Part shown: positions 13,986-27,846 of the stretch, piece by piece
Position numbering within the stretch: the stretch's first letter is position 1
Layout: each line of letters opens with the position of its first letter
From: Eledone cirrhosa
Taxonomy: Eukaryota
Length of the DNA: 64,000 nucleotides
Direction: 5' to 3'
Assembly: GCA_964016885.1 (NCBI GenBank)
Contig: OZ024743.1
Span: 214,210,001-214,274,000 of the forward strand
Made by a program: the position numbers and the translations under genes
Notes under the pieces: generated by a model
The model's input: only the letters and a program-made list of their open reading frames with translations
Databases searched by the model: none
What the model was told of the DNA's origin: nothing

Positions 13986-16900
13986 TTATGTGCGTGTGTG
14001 CCTCTGTGAATTGTTTGACATGCGATGGAGATGTAAAATATTGATCTATAGACTCTTGTATGCGTTTTAAATGCACGCGATGCAAGATTATAAATCTATT
14101 GATAAATTCTGTCGATAATGTTATTCGATGACTTACAACTCGTTTCATGTAACGTTGAGTACTTTGTATCATCCGTAAAGCACATGTTCACGTAAATGGG
14201 AACGTCTACCTCAATATGTGTGCGTTCACATCCTTATGTGAGCATATCTTGGGGTACTTTTTTCTTTCACCAATATATATCAAAGAAAGCTTTAGATGTT
14301 GACAATAAAAACGATAAACCTTGTCTATTGAAGTCATACCCTGGTGCTTTAAGGCCCATATCGAAACAAATTTTAGACGGAGAAACGACTTTATCTTTTT
14401 GTAGACCTATTTCCTATCGTTTTAGAATTAAAATATTTGATTAACGGAGGCAAATTGTTTATTCTACTATGCAGATTATTCATGTGATAACGTATTATGT
14501 ATACACATGTACTAAAATATGAGTTGATTGTATTTTATAATTACATATAGATAATATAATTTGACCTTATGTCTCATGTGATGAATTTCTTTATACGAAC
14601 AGATACGATATTTGTTAATGCCATATTTATGCTTAATCTGTTAATCAGAGCCATAAATATACATTAGATGTTACGTTTAAAAAATGTTAAATCCATAGGA
14701 ATTATGATTTAGTATGAAATAAGCGGTAAAGTTCTATTTTTAAAATGAATACATTTGACAAAGGTTATTTAAAACTTATGGACCATCCGATCGGAAGAAA
14801 TATATTGTAGACAACAACGTTATATGCCGGTTTGGAAAAAATATTAATTTATTGCTAATTGCTGTGATATGAAAAGCTATTCGTAAACATATTATGAGTA
14901 ATTATTATCACTATCCTCTTATTACGTAGATATACGATTATAACTTTTTGATATATTGTGTGCCTCACTTTCAATACCCAGGTGCTTGAATGCATATTCT
15001 ATTGTATTGAATCTCGTAGCAGGAACGAGAAGCAGGATGATGGAAAGAGGCGGAAACAAATGGTCGAATGCATTGTTTTCGATACTTAAGGATTTGCCAA
15101 TACGTTGCCATATTCTTGTCAATAAAATGACAAAACATAAACGAAACACAAAACAATAGCCACATTGACTATTATGGCGGATATAATCAAACCCCGAAAA
15201 GAACTGAAAAGTAGAGACAATGACATTTCACCAGGAAAATACATACATACTTCATTGAACATTTCGTTTTCTTTGTGCAAAAAATGGAGTTGATTACAAC
15301 AGTTCAGTCGGAAGATATTGGCCATCATCGAATCAGTAACCAAATTTGTATTGTTTATTTTTGAACCCGGTTTCCGATAAAATAGATTTCACTGAAATGA
15401 ATATAATATCACTTCGCTTGAAATCACGCCGTAAAATTAAAATATAAAAATGCTTTAATAAATTCAACTGCATTTAGTAGATTATCAATGACTACAAAAT
15501 ACTGCACAGATTTATTCTCAGTACCAGTAATATATACCATATTACTTGCGTGTAGAGTGATAAACTTCATTCACCTGAAATCGGAATACGTCATTAGAGT
15601 TAATGCCATTCTTGTTCCTTACTGGCTTTGTCCCAATTGATTAAACATTGATTTCATAGGCTGCATTTAACGATAGAATCTTCTGGCAGAAAACAACTCT
15701 GGGGTATGTTTAGAATATCAATACATATAATGGTGTCGTCAATAATATCCCACACCACTGATTGATATTTCCTTTACTACCTCAATATTTTGATATTTCT
15801 GGTAACAATGTTACATGTAACTTTAATGTATCTTAACAATATTCTCATTTTGAACGGCGTTAAATGATATTGCAACACTATCAGATATAATTATACATTT
15901 GAAAACTAAACTTCAACTGCAACATTCTTGTATGATTAGCTCAGCTACTAGTAGGGGTAACGATAAAGAGATTTCGTATTGGATGCATAGTTGATAATGC
16001 AGTATACTACTGTTGTAATATAAGGTAAAATGTAATATAAAGTAAAATGAGTAATCCGAGGATACGATGGTCGATATCTTCATATATAAAGGATTTAATG
16101 TTCTCTCTAAATAATATATTGTAAATGAATCTAAATCTTCGAAAATATATAAATTAAAAATACATCAACTACGAATTGACACACTAATATGAGTGAACGA
16201 AATTATTGAGGGAATATTGGCATACTTTGAAGTTGAATCTAATCGTCTTTTAATCTCAGCTGAAGAATAAAAACTCAAAACAGAAATTACTAAACTGCAT
16301 ATATTGAAGAAGAATACACATTTTATCATTTACATATTCTGTAGTGTGTCAATCACGTATTTTCTGCCAGTTTAATTTGAGCGGAAATTGAGATTATAAA
16401 TGTATATTACATATTACAAGACAATGTGCTTAGAAATATTCTATAATTTTTTATTTTCTGCTACTTTAATTTTCTGCTAGTTTAAATTTAAAGACATCTG
16501 AGATTACTAATATATAGGACATATTTTGAGGTATTGTATTTCAGCGATCAGATGTGGTTGATTCAGAACATTGTTACGATAGATGCATCAATTACAATAA
16601 GTTATAGACGATGATAAAGTGATCTTGTTGGGAATTGTCAACTCACATAGGCGGAAAGTTAAATAATATAATGACTATATTAATGTCGAAGGTTATTAAG
16701 ACAAACCTCACTGAATCATATAAATGTTAGGGCATACAAATATATATGGAATCGATCATAAATCATGCATAAAATAAATATATAAATAATATTGAGATGG
16801 AAAATAGAAACAATCCTGAAACAATCGCTTGATTTAGAAATAAGTATAGATGCGGAAAGTTAACATGAAGAAAGCTTTTATACAAACATTACGAAATCTA

Positions 16901-17280
16901 CAGCATATAAAAAATATAGTGTTACTAGGAACTGCAGGAATGCTATGTCGCGTATTATAATGTCAGCAAAAAAGAAACAAAAAGAGATAGCACAAAATCT
17001 AAAAATGAACGTGACTCTGCACGGATGTTCAGTGAAAGCACGCATCCAGATGAGAACTGAAATATATAGCAAAACATAACCAACAACAAATGTGTAGATG
17101 ATTCAATCAAAGCTACTGTACATAAGTTACATATATCATAGAGATCGGTGGTATACACCAGTAAATAAATCTCACTAGACATTTCAACTGATATTGTCCA
17201 ATATTCAATAAGTGTTTACAACAATATTTATGGAAGCGAATTTCATATATGACATTGAACTCTATAAGTCTAATGTCTGT

Positions 17281-17540
17281 TTCGAGTCCGAAGGCTGGTG
17301 AAGACGGTGCTCATCCCAGTTTCCGTGGCGTGAAGCGACTGTGAGTACAAGAAACCCGCTGGACGCCAGTGTTTCGAACGTTCAAATCTCCTGTGATCGC
17401 TAGTACTTATTTTCAGCTGAGTATAGAGGGGCAACCTGAAACGAATTTTTTTGTTCAAGAACAGAAGCCCCAACTCAGAAACGGAATCGAAACTACGTCA
17501 TCTTACATCCAACACCCTTATCCCTAGGCCACACGCCTCC
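17281..17540 (-). mobile_element. Second tRNA-SINE family (Meta/V-SINE-like)
   Basis: Minus strand: head GGAGGCGTGTGGCCTAGGG...GTTTCGATTCC, then TGTTCTTGAACAA, ACTCAGCTG, and AGTCGCTTCACGCCACGGAAACTGGGATGAGC resembling the 3' part of Meta/V-SINEs. Confidence 0.7.
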
Positions 17541-18570
17541 ACTCTCTCTCTAAGTAAAGATTAGAACAACATTTTCACAGTGAAATATGGGAAGATATTT
17601 ACAGATATTGCTTAACTACACGAATAGAGTAACTATTTCTGTAAAACATCAATTTTGTGATTAATAGAAACAGCATTTGTGAAATGTATAGAATTTTCAT
17701 GGATAGCGTAACTAGCCATAATTATTCATAACGCCTGAATATAATCGACGGAATGAAATTAGCAAGTATTCAAAATTTTGAGACGAGCATAGCAAAAAGC
17801 GATAATTTCTTAATATCATTTTCGTACATTTCGTTATAAAATGAATGAAATACTTGGCGATTTTTGACATAAGGATCAGCAAGTATTTCCGTAGAATCTT
17901 AGCCAAATATCTAATATAAAAAGATGTGCATATTATAAAAAAAATAAACCTCCTTATATATATATAATGTTCGAGAATTCTAAGACCATGTTTGGTCCAT
18001 CTATATGCTTGTTTGTGTTTGTTCTGGTTCGTTCACAGATTTGATGTGATTTTTGTTGTGTTAACACTGGTGTGAGGATCAGGCAGTCTTCGAGTTTGGT
18101 CTGGAGCAGCGATCCTAGATCACGAGGCAGCTGCTTGGGAAATATTTGTAGCCAGGATTGAGCAATAAATCGCCTATGTAACATCCCCACATTGTTCTAC
18201 TTCTATATATATATAACGCATATTGAGAACAGAAAATAGAAGAGGATGACACCCACACATTCAAACATTCGATCGTTTAAGAGAGGACAGCCCTCGGAGG
18301 TAAACTACCATTTCACTAATGCTACCACACCAGTGTATGCATGTGTGTGTATGTATGCATGAATGTGTGTCTGAATGTGTGTATATCTATGTAAGAGAAG
18401 AACATCCCTCGGAGGTAAACTACCATTTCACTAATGCCACCCCGCCAATGCATATGAGAACTTAAATACTTGAGAAGATATGTATATGCATGTGTGTGTA
18501 GATATGCGTGTATATGTGTGTGTATGTGTATGCATGTGTCTATGTATGTATATATATATATGCATATATG

Positions 18571-19631
18571 ACAGAATGTCAGTCTCAGGAAAACCGTCGC
18601 CATGTACCAACCTGCACCTGGTAAGCAGTACAGTGAACCAAATATCTATGTGTATGGTAAAAACTTGGAGTGGTTGATCAGTTTGTCTACCTGGGAAGCA
18701 CTGTCAATCGATAGAGCAACCTTGATAGTGAAATCTCACTTAGGATTAGAAAAGCAAGTGATGATTTCGGAAAGCTAGAAAGGCGGCTCTGGGGTCGGCG
18801 AGACATATGCAAGAAGACAAAGGTAAAGTTGTACAAGGCATGTGTGCTCTCTTCTCTTCTGTTTGCCTGCGAGACCTGAGTCACGTATCGACACCACCTT
18901 AAGCAATTGGAGCGTTTCCATCAGATGTGTCTCAGACGGATTCATGGCGTTCACTGGAGGGACCACATCAGTGATGTCGAGATTTTGGAAAGCTCTCTAT
19001 TTGACAGTATAAAAGCTCTTGTGATTAAGCAATGACACCGTTGGAGTGGTCACCTTGCTAGGATGAAGGATTCTAGAATACCAAAACATCTCTTTTATGG
19101 AGAGTTAGTTAAAGGAAAACGATCGCCACATAAACTAAAAAAGAGGTATAAGGATTCCTTGAAAGCCTCTTTGAAAGACGCTAACTTCTCTGCTGATACA
19201 TGGGAAAACATTGCTGCTGATCGTAATAAATGGAGAAAGACTGTATATGAGGGAAACGTGCCTTTGAGGCATCTCGAATCGCATACGAGAAAGTAAAGCG
19301 GGATGTGAGGAAGGGCATTGCTGTTGCACTACCAGACGGCGAGGGTCCTCCTATGGTGCTGATATGCAGCGTCTGTGCGAGACTCTGCTTAAGCAAAGCT
19401 GGACTCGAAAATCATCTTCACAGTCATAAAGTAAGACCAGTGGATGATTACCAGGCTGCAGTTGGAGATGCTGCTCATCATGCTTGCCAAACATGTGGTA
19501 TAGAATGTAAATCAGCAGGAGGGCTCAAACGACATGCAAAAGAACATGAACTCCAACCACAGCCGGCTATTCCCAATGAATGTTTTGGTTGCCGACTCTG
19601 TGCAAGACACATTCGATCGCAGCGCTGTTAG
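18571..19631 (+). mobile_element. 5'-truncated, decayed RTE-clade LINE (end of RT, C-terminal region and C2H2 fingers)
   Basis: Translates to SLRKTVAMYQPAPGKQY, VVDQFVYLGST, KASDDFGKLERRLW, KVKLYKACVLSSLLFACET*, RWSGHLARMKDSRIPKHLFYGEL, RYKDSLK, WENIAADRNKWR, then CSVC..H..H and CQTC..H...H; stops and frameshifts present. Confidence 0.92.
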
Positions 19632-19847
19632 TTGCTATCGTGTGTGTGTGTGTATAGATATGTTTATGTGTGCGCGTGTGTGTGTATATATATATATGTA
19701 TATTATTATTGTTGTTGTTGTCGTTATTATTGTTGTTGTTATTATTACTATTATTATTGTTATTAATATATATATATATTTTTTTGTTTCTCGTGCAATG
19801 GCCATACTCGATAACGAAGTGGCAGCCATCATGTGCATATATATGTA

Positions 19848-19916
<69 letters not shown>

Positions 19917-20080
19917 ATCCCGGGTTCAATCGGGGGTATGGACAGTAAGTAAGGTACTCAATACAAAGCAGTGTATAAATATTTGTGAACCCATATACCA
20001 ATGACTTCCACCCATACCAATCCCCACCCTCTCCTACCATCAGAAAATATATAAATACCACCATATTTACTTGGCGGGTC

Positions 20081-20131
20081 AGCTTCTTGATGATATCTCA
20101 CGAATGAAACAGTTCTAGTCCTGTAGAAGCT
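20081..20131 (+). ncRNA. Degenerate type I hammerhead ribozyme
   Basis: AGCTTC-TTGATGA-(weak stem II)-GAAA-CAG..CTG-TA-GAAGCT; 6-bp stem I, C3>T in core. Confidence 0.5.
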
Positions 20132-20358
20132 TTTCTACATCAAATATCTAATATATATATTTATATATGCGAGCAAAACCAAACTACTCCATCTGAATTC
20201 TACTTTTGAAAGGCATAAGAACTGTGAAACCTGTAAAGGAACCAAATACCTCTTCTTAAAAAGACTCCAGTTTCATTTTCAATTTCATCTTTTTTCCTTA
20301 TACTTTCACTCGTGTAGGATATCTCGTTTTTTTTTTCATTTTGAAAACAAAAACCCTC

Positions 20359-20439
<81 letters not shown>

Positions 20440-20503
20440 GAGAGGTAAAACACTGGAAGGTAATATCCGTACTGGTAGAGCACTCAGTCCATGAGACGAG
20501 TTA

Positions 20504-20650
20504 GGTAGAATTGGTAATTCAACAGTTAGTTCACCAAAGCGAGAACAATTGTTTCACCTTAGCGGATCCTCAGCTCGTACGAGCTGAAGATCCCCTAAGG
20601 TGAAACAATTATTATCGCTATGGTGAAGTAACTATTGTGTTACCACTTCT
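20504..20650. repeat. Imperfect palindrome with an HHR-like core in each arm
   Basis: Centre GCTCGTACGAGC; arms read CTGA(A/G)GA-TCC..CTAAGGT-GAAA-CAATT; a related inverted repeat lies at 24925-25061. Confidence 0.8.
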
Positions 20651-20715
20651 ATATATATATATATATATATAAACACACACACACACACACGCACACACAG
20701 ACACACACACATATA

Positions 20716-20768
<53 letters not shown>

Positions 20769-21046
20769 GATAACAAGTTATCGTTATAGGTCATCCAGTC
20801 GAAGGTAATCCAGTTAGAGTACTCCGGGTCGGGGATAGTTTTAACGTACAGCTTTGTTTGACACAACAAGATGTTTTCATAGCTATGTAGCGAGTTCGCG
20901 GTAATTACTCTGCAAGTTATACATGGAGTAATAATATTTCAAGAAAGAAGAGTAAAATATTAATGATTTTATTATTGATGTTATTGTTTTGGTGTTACGC
21001 TACTTTTCTATATAAGTCTTGCCTCGAGTAAATTATTTTCATTTCT

Positions 21047-21160
21047 ATGTGCTCTGATGAGTTGAACAGTTATAAACAATGTATTGGAGATCGATTGACA
21101 CAGCACCAAGTGATTAGCGAACTCTAGACACAGCTGATCAACGAAACAATTGTCAATACT
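21047..21160 (+). ncRNA. Type I hammerhead ribozyme with long stem II insertion
   Basis: CTGATGA (21054)-GTTGAACAGTT...AGCTGATCAAC-GAAA (21143)-CAATTG-TC; stem I is weak. Confidence 0.65.
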
Positions 21161-21208
21161 TTAAATAAAACCCTCATTGTACAGCCTACCATGTTACTCT
21201 TCTTTCTT

Positions 21209-21236
<28 letters not shown>

Positions 21237-21246
<10 letters not shown>

Positions 21247-21663
21247 TAAACAAATAATGAATAAAACAATGAAACAGTTCCTTATATTAAACAAAAAAAG
21301 TTCATTATTTAACGATCGTTTCTAGGATATATATGTGTTAGAATTGGCATGCATATTCAACAGATCTATGTACAAAATTATACAAAATTATACAAACTAT
21401 CAAGATTAAATATACATACCAACACATATATACGCCGTCTTCAGAAAAAAATTTTTCTGAAGACGGCGTATATATGTGTTGGTATGTATATTTAATCTTG
21501 ATAGTTTGTATAATTTTGTATAATTTTGTACATAGATCTGTTGAATATGCATGCCAATTCTAACACATATATATCCTAGAAACGATCGTTAAATAATGAA
21601 CTTTTTTTGTTTAATATAAGGAACTGTTTCATTGTTTTATTCATTATTTGTTTAATATTTTAT
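21237..21663. repeat. Near-perfect 427-bp palindrome; each arm carries an HHR-like motif
   Basis: Centre TCAG-A7-T5-CTGA at ~21450; right arm CTGAAGA...GTATATATGTGTT / AACACATATATAT...GAAA-CGATCG-TT-AAA. Confidence 0.95.
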
Positions 21664-21797
21664 CTTGACTCTGTATACCGTTTATCTTTCACCGAAAGTG
21701 ATTTTTCATTACATCTCTTCTTTCCATGATATCCGGAATACATTGAGTTCTTCATACGGATTGGACACTACCGTAAACTCTTGGTAGATTTATCTAC

Positions 21798-21829
<32 letters not shown>

Positions 21830-22776
21830 TATATATATGTATGTGTGTATATGTATGTACATATAAGTATACATGTGCGAGTGCTTGTGTATGTGTAAAT
21901 ATATGTGTATTTCTGAACTAGAATACATTTCTATCAACAGATTTTCCAAAACTAACCTTCTTTTTCTCTTTGCTGTCATCCACTTTTTATCAAAAACATG
22001 TATCCTACACCTCATTACCCCTCTCCGACACACACCCAAATCTTAAATCTAAAAGATTGTTGAACTGTTTCTTTGCCAATTTAAGATAGTTTATTCAGCT
22101 AGAAGAAAAGAATTTGAAAAGCATCTGACGCTTATATTTCATTCACCAAAGGTCGTCTATTCAAATGGAATCAGCGGGGGAGCACTTCCACAAGGACTTT
22201 CTAATACACGCCTTAAACACCCCACACCTCCTATCTCCACTCTCAAAATATTAACTTCCATTTACTGTTCACTACTTGCTATCTGCTCCCGTGTGTCTAT
22301 ATATGCGTTAATTTATTTAAATCTTCATCAACAGCCGTTCACTCTCACACTCATTAAAAAACCCCACCCCGGACACACCCAAATAATATATATTGAGTCA
22401 CACATCACAACACAACCTGGGATCAGTTTTACAATTTCCAGCGACGAATCCGAAAGTTCTCCAGGAAATTTAACCAGGAAGTTTTCAAAAAATCTTCCCA
22501 CCGAAGTTAACAAAGTACTTACTACATTTTTTAGAACTACAGGTCAAGTAATTCTTCTCTTTAAAAAAAAATAAATATATATATATAAGGAAGAGAAATG
22601 GAAAATGCAGCTGGAATCTTTTTAAGTATATTTATTTGTTTCTTTTACCGGTTTCACAGTTTTTAGAACTTTTCCTTCGTGTAGGACATCTCGTTTTTTT
22701 TTCATTAAAAAAATCCCCCATTTTCTTACAATTTGTTTAGCAAGATTCTTTATCTGAAAACGTGTGTTGAAACCGA

Positions 22777-23258
22777 TATTGTTATACTTTGGGAGGGTCA
22801 TGTTGCCAATAAGAAACACACGCACCACATGCTTTCACTTCAATTTATTATAATAAATTTAGAAATTTTCGGTTGGTTGGTTGGTTCCACAACCAGATGC
22901 TTGTTTATATATTGTAAAAGTTCTTTCGTCACACATTATGTGACCTCTTCAGTGACTGAGATTCTTTTCTTTGTTTTTGTGCCTCTCCTTTGTTCTGTCC
23001 TATGCCATCTTAAAAACAAGATGGTATAGGACAGAACAATGGAGAGGCAGAAAAACAAAGAAAAGAATCCCCAGTCACTGAAGAGGTCACATAATGTGTG
23101 ACGAAAGAACTTTGACAATATATAAACAACCATCTGGTTGTGGAACCAACCAACTGGAAATTTATGAATTCCTAAATTTATAAATTTATTATAATAAATT
23201 GAAGTGAAAGCAACTGGTGCGTGTGTTTTTTATTAGCAACATGACCCTCCCAAAGTAT

Positions 23259-23265
<7 letters not shown>
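22777..23265. repeat. ~490-bp imperfect palindrome of PLE-type terminal repeats
   Basis: Centre CCATCTT-aaaaac-AAGATGG at ~23014; arms homologous to 35160-35458. Confidence 0.9.
23074..23116 (+). ncRNA. Minimal type I hammerhead ribozyme (mirror copy on minus strand at ~22913-22956)
   Basis: GTCA-CTGAAGA-G-GTCACA taatg TGTGAC-GAAA-GAAC-TT-TGAC; stems I and II pair fully. Confidence 0.75.
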
Positions 23266-23295
<30 letters not shown>

Positions 23296-23588
23296 TTGAA
23301 ATAAAATGAAAACGAAATTTCATTTCTCACTCTTAGTACGGCACTTACTTAAATGTAAGTATGTGTGTATACGTACATACATATATGTATACAGACGTAC
23401 AGTAGCATGCATATATATATATATATATATACATACAGGTACACATACATATATGCACGTATCAGTTTAGCGGACGCTTATTATAACGCCGCTTTGTTTG
23501 TTTGTAAACAAACTGAACAGCCTGAATTTTTATGCCGTACGGTGTTAAGGCAACCACGTCACCTTTTTGATCAACACTGACACTGGAA

Positions 23589-23629
23589 CGATGTACTAGT
23601 TTCAAGCTTGTTAGCTATCATCAGCACCG
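23589..23629 (-). ncRNA. Minimal type I hammerhead ribozyme
   Basis: Exact reverse complement of 24473-24513. Confidence 0.7.
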
Positions 23630-24183
23630 TATACCCATCTCCCAGATAGTTGAACGTTCGAAAGTATATACTTTCCTTATGAAAATTAACGGCTGAGCAG
23701 CCTAATTTGCATATCGAGTGAGCTAAGTCGGTCAGGCATACCGAAAACGATAAGTTGAAATAAAATGAAAACGAAATTTTATTTCTCACACTTAGTACGG
23801 CACTTACTTAAATGTAAGTATGTGTGTAGACGTACATACATATATGTATACAAACGTACAGTAGCAGGCATATATATATATATATATATATATACATACA
23901 GGTACACATACATATATGCACGTATCAGTTTAGCGGACGCTTATTATAACACCGCTTTGTTCGTTTGTAAACAAACTGAACATGCCGTACGGTGTTAAGG
24001 CAACCACGTCACCTTTTTGTTCAACACTGACACAGGAACGATGTACTAGTTTCAAGCTTGTTAGTATGCCTTAACACCGTACAGCATAACAATTCAGGCT
24101 GTTCAGTTTGTTTACAAACGAACAAAGCGGCGTTATAATAAGCGTCCGGTAAACTGATACGTGCATATATGTATGTGTACCTG

Positions 24184-24237
<54 letters not shown>

Positions 24238-24472
24238 ATACTGTACGTCTGTATACATATATGTATGTACGTATACACACATACTTACATTTAAGTAAGT
24301 GCCGTACTAAGTGTGAGAAATGAAATTTCGTTTTCATTTTATTTCAACTTATCGTTTTCGGTATGCCTGACCGACTTAGCTCACTCGATATGCAAATTAG
24401 GCTGCTCAGCCGTTAATTTTCATAAGGAAAGTATATACTTTCGAACGTTCAACTATCTGGGAGATGGGTATA

Positions 24473-24513
24473 CGGTGCTGATGATAGCTAACAAGCTTGA
24501 AACTAGTACATCG
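24473..24513 (+). ncRNA. Minimal type I hammerhead ribozyme
   Basis: CGGTG-CTGATGA-TAGCT aaca AGCTT-GAAA-CTAG-TA-CATCG; palindromic CTAG loop in stem III, GUA triplet. Confidence 0.7.
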
Positions 24514-24739
24514 TTCCTGTGTCAGTGTTGAACAAATAGGTGACGTGGTTGCCTTAACACCGTACGGCATAAAAAATTCAGGCTGTTCAGTTTGTTTACA
24601 AACGAACAAAGCGGCGTTATAATAAGCGTCCGCCACACTGATAAGTGCATATATGTATGTGTACCTGTATGTATATATATATATATGCATGCTACTGTAC
24701 GTCTGTATACATATATGTATGTGCGTATACACACATACT

Positions 24740-24848
<109 letters not shown>

Positions 24849-24924
24849 ATATATATATATATAATAGTAGAATACTGGTAGTTTATATCCGTAATAGTAG
24901 AACAGTCTGTCCGTGGCACTAATT

Positions 24925-25061
24925 TGGTGGAAGTAGTTGCACAACAGTTATTTTACCATACCGAGGACAATTATTTCACCTTATTCAGTCGTATCCCCGA
25001 GTATACGAATAAGGTGAAACATTTGTTCTCGATATGGTGATCTAACTGTTGTAGAACTACT
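24925..25061. repeat. Inverted repeat, same family as 20504-20650
   Basis: agtagtt..caacagtta...tttcaccttattc / gaataaggtgaaa...taactgttgtagaactact. Confidence 0.8.
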
Positions 25062-25157
<96 letters not shown>

Positions 25158-25240
25158 TATATATGGTTTTCTTATATGTATATAACTAACTGTTGTAGAA
25201 CTTCTTACATATATATATATATATATATATATATGGTTTT

Positions 25241-25291
<51 letters not shown>

Positions 25292-26371
25292 TTTTCTGCT
25301 AGCATGTGTAGTGTGCATATTGATAGTATACGCAAATATATATGCATGTAGATATGACACGTCAAATGAAATCGTAATTGACAATATTGAACGAAGAAAT
25401 TGAACGAAATTTGTGTTACACTCTCTTCTGTAATCAGTAAAGTAATCCATGATACATTAAAAAAGACAATATTATATGTAAATTGCATATATGATAAACT
25501 AAAATGGTATGAATATGAGAAAATACGCAACGGAATATAACGATGCAAATATATGAACGTTTGTATAAGCGATGTGATGAGTGTTATGATATAACGGAGG
25601 CTAACCGGAAGTCTTGACACTTGAAAATTTTAGAGAAGTGAATGTTAAAATAAGCAATACTTTATATATAAGAATATTTATCTTTAATGAAGAGCTACGA
25701 AATTTAGTAGATAAATTACATACTATTTATTCATTATTTATTCAAAGTAATTCTAACTTATTTTACTAACGGGATAACAATAATATAAAACGGACGCTGA
25801 CCCGCACTCCTCCCTTTGTTATATTATAGATTATTTATGTTCAAACTCTAAACTAAAAGCTCTCCCTAATGTATGAAGGACCAAATATAGTCATCTCCTC
25901 AGATTTTGCGCATAAATAAGTAATATACATAAACATATACAGAAAGAAATAGAGAGATAGAGAGAGATAGATAGACAGAGATAGACGGATATATGTGTGT
26001 GTGTGTAAGTGAGTGTGTGTCTCTGTGTTTGTTTGTATACAGCAATTGGATTAACTGCTAAACGTTGTATAAACATTTGTTTGTATGAGATTCAAAAGAG
26101 ATAGATTTAAAATAAATATCCCTATTCAATTAGATTTGATGATGGAAATAATCATGCAGGAAATATTAACAAGGGAATTCAAAAGCAACATTCGGCTGAA
26201 AATATGATAAATAATTGAACGGACGTAACATGAAATAGGGATAAACCTGAGTTTGTGTAAATGATGAAGGGAGGTGACATTCCAATTAGATCCGATTACC
26301 TCGATTAATTAGACAGAATTACATTAGATATCGTGTTGTAGGACCAATTAATACAGATGGTATTTATTAAT

Positions 26372-26418
<47 letters not shown>

Positions 26419-26426
26419 CACACACG

Positions 26427-26478
<52 letters not shown>

Positions 26479-27806
26479 GATATGTATTTATTATGTATGT
26501 ATGTATATGTATATATATATATATATATATATTGGAAAATGTGTAAGATCCTTGGTACAGTTAGGTATATTTGAAAAAAAGGAAAAGAATGAGTTCACTT
26601 GTAGTGTTAAACATTTTTTATGATTTAATGTTATAATATAATATAATATTATGAGTTCGTAGATCCAGTAAGTTCTCTGTTAACTTCGGTGGGAAGGATT
26701 TTAGAGATTCCTGGTTAACCTGGGTTGGAGAACTTTCTCGCATTCGTCTGTCTGTCAAACTGAGATCAGGTTGTGTTGAAATGTGTGACTATATATAAGA
26801 GAGATTTGGATGTGTCTGGGGTGTGGTGTGGTGTGGTGTGTTAATGAGTGTTGATGATGATGAGGGTCCTGAGGAATTAAAGTATACATACATACGCACA
26901 CACACACAAACACACACACACGTACACACACACACACACATCACACACATATATATACACTCAGAAAATGGTGAGGTTGTAAGATAAGGGTGTTTGAGAA
27001 GGTAGTCGTAAACCTACTATTCCAGCTGGTTTTATTTCATTAGGTGACCTTTGAAGAGTTTATAATGGCATAGCTGAATCAACGCTTCCGAATCTATAAA
27101 GAATATCTTCTACAGATTTCTATATCAAAGATGAATGTAGGTGCCGGTGTGGGTTTTAATGAGGTGTAAGATACATGTCTTTTGATAAGAATGGGATGAA
27201 AGGAACAAGAGAAAAGAAGGGTAACTTGGGAATATTTGTCAAAGAAATGTTGTTGATATTGGTCTGGGAGAGGAAGTGTGTGTGTGTGGGGGGGGGGGGG
27301 TCATGCTGGCTCACATTTTCACTTCCCTATATGTAAATGTACCTACAGTCCACATATACTACATACAAAAAAATATCAACACATATATACATATATATAT
27401 ATATATTTCTGAAGAAGTAAATCCTTTGTTCTGTCGTCAAAAACCATTAACTTGCAGACCCCTGCAAGCGGAATTTGTCGATCTTGGATTTGCAGAAACC
27501 TAGCGCTGTTGTTGTGTGCTGTATGTGATGTATATCGCCTGCTATACGATATGCATTATTTGGTGCATTCCGTCCCAGCGTTCTGTCCAGGTCAGTCAAA
27601 AATCTGTTCCTGAATCATGTGTTTTCGTTTCTTTGGTAATGCGGCTGGACTGCCTATCGCTATATTTGATTTGCTAAGCTATCTAAAACGTATTGTTATT
27701 ACTCCGGGGTACTATCCCCATTGGAGTGCTTAAGCTACATACGGGATTTGCATTCGTTAGCTTGGCCGCAAACTAAAGCTTCGTTAATGCTGTACTAAAA
27801 TTTGTA

Positions 27807-27840
<34 letters not shown>

Positions 27841-27846
<6 letters not shown>

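Noticed and set aside
18291-18438. 32-bp direct repeat CCCTCGGAGGTAAACTACCATTTCACTAATGC as a CRISPR-like repeat
   Set aside because: Only two copies with a microsatellite-like spacer, eukaryotic context, no cas genes
22430-22525. Segment with an inverted homologue at ~26665-26750 (also 20200-20365 vs 22595-22727)
   Set aside because: Diverged dispersed copies of repeat families; no evidence they are termini of one element
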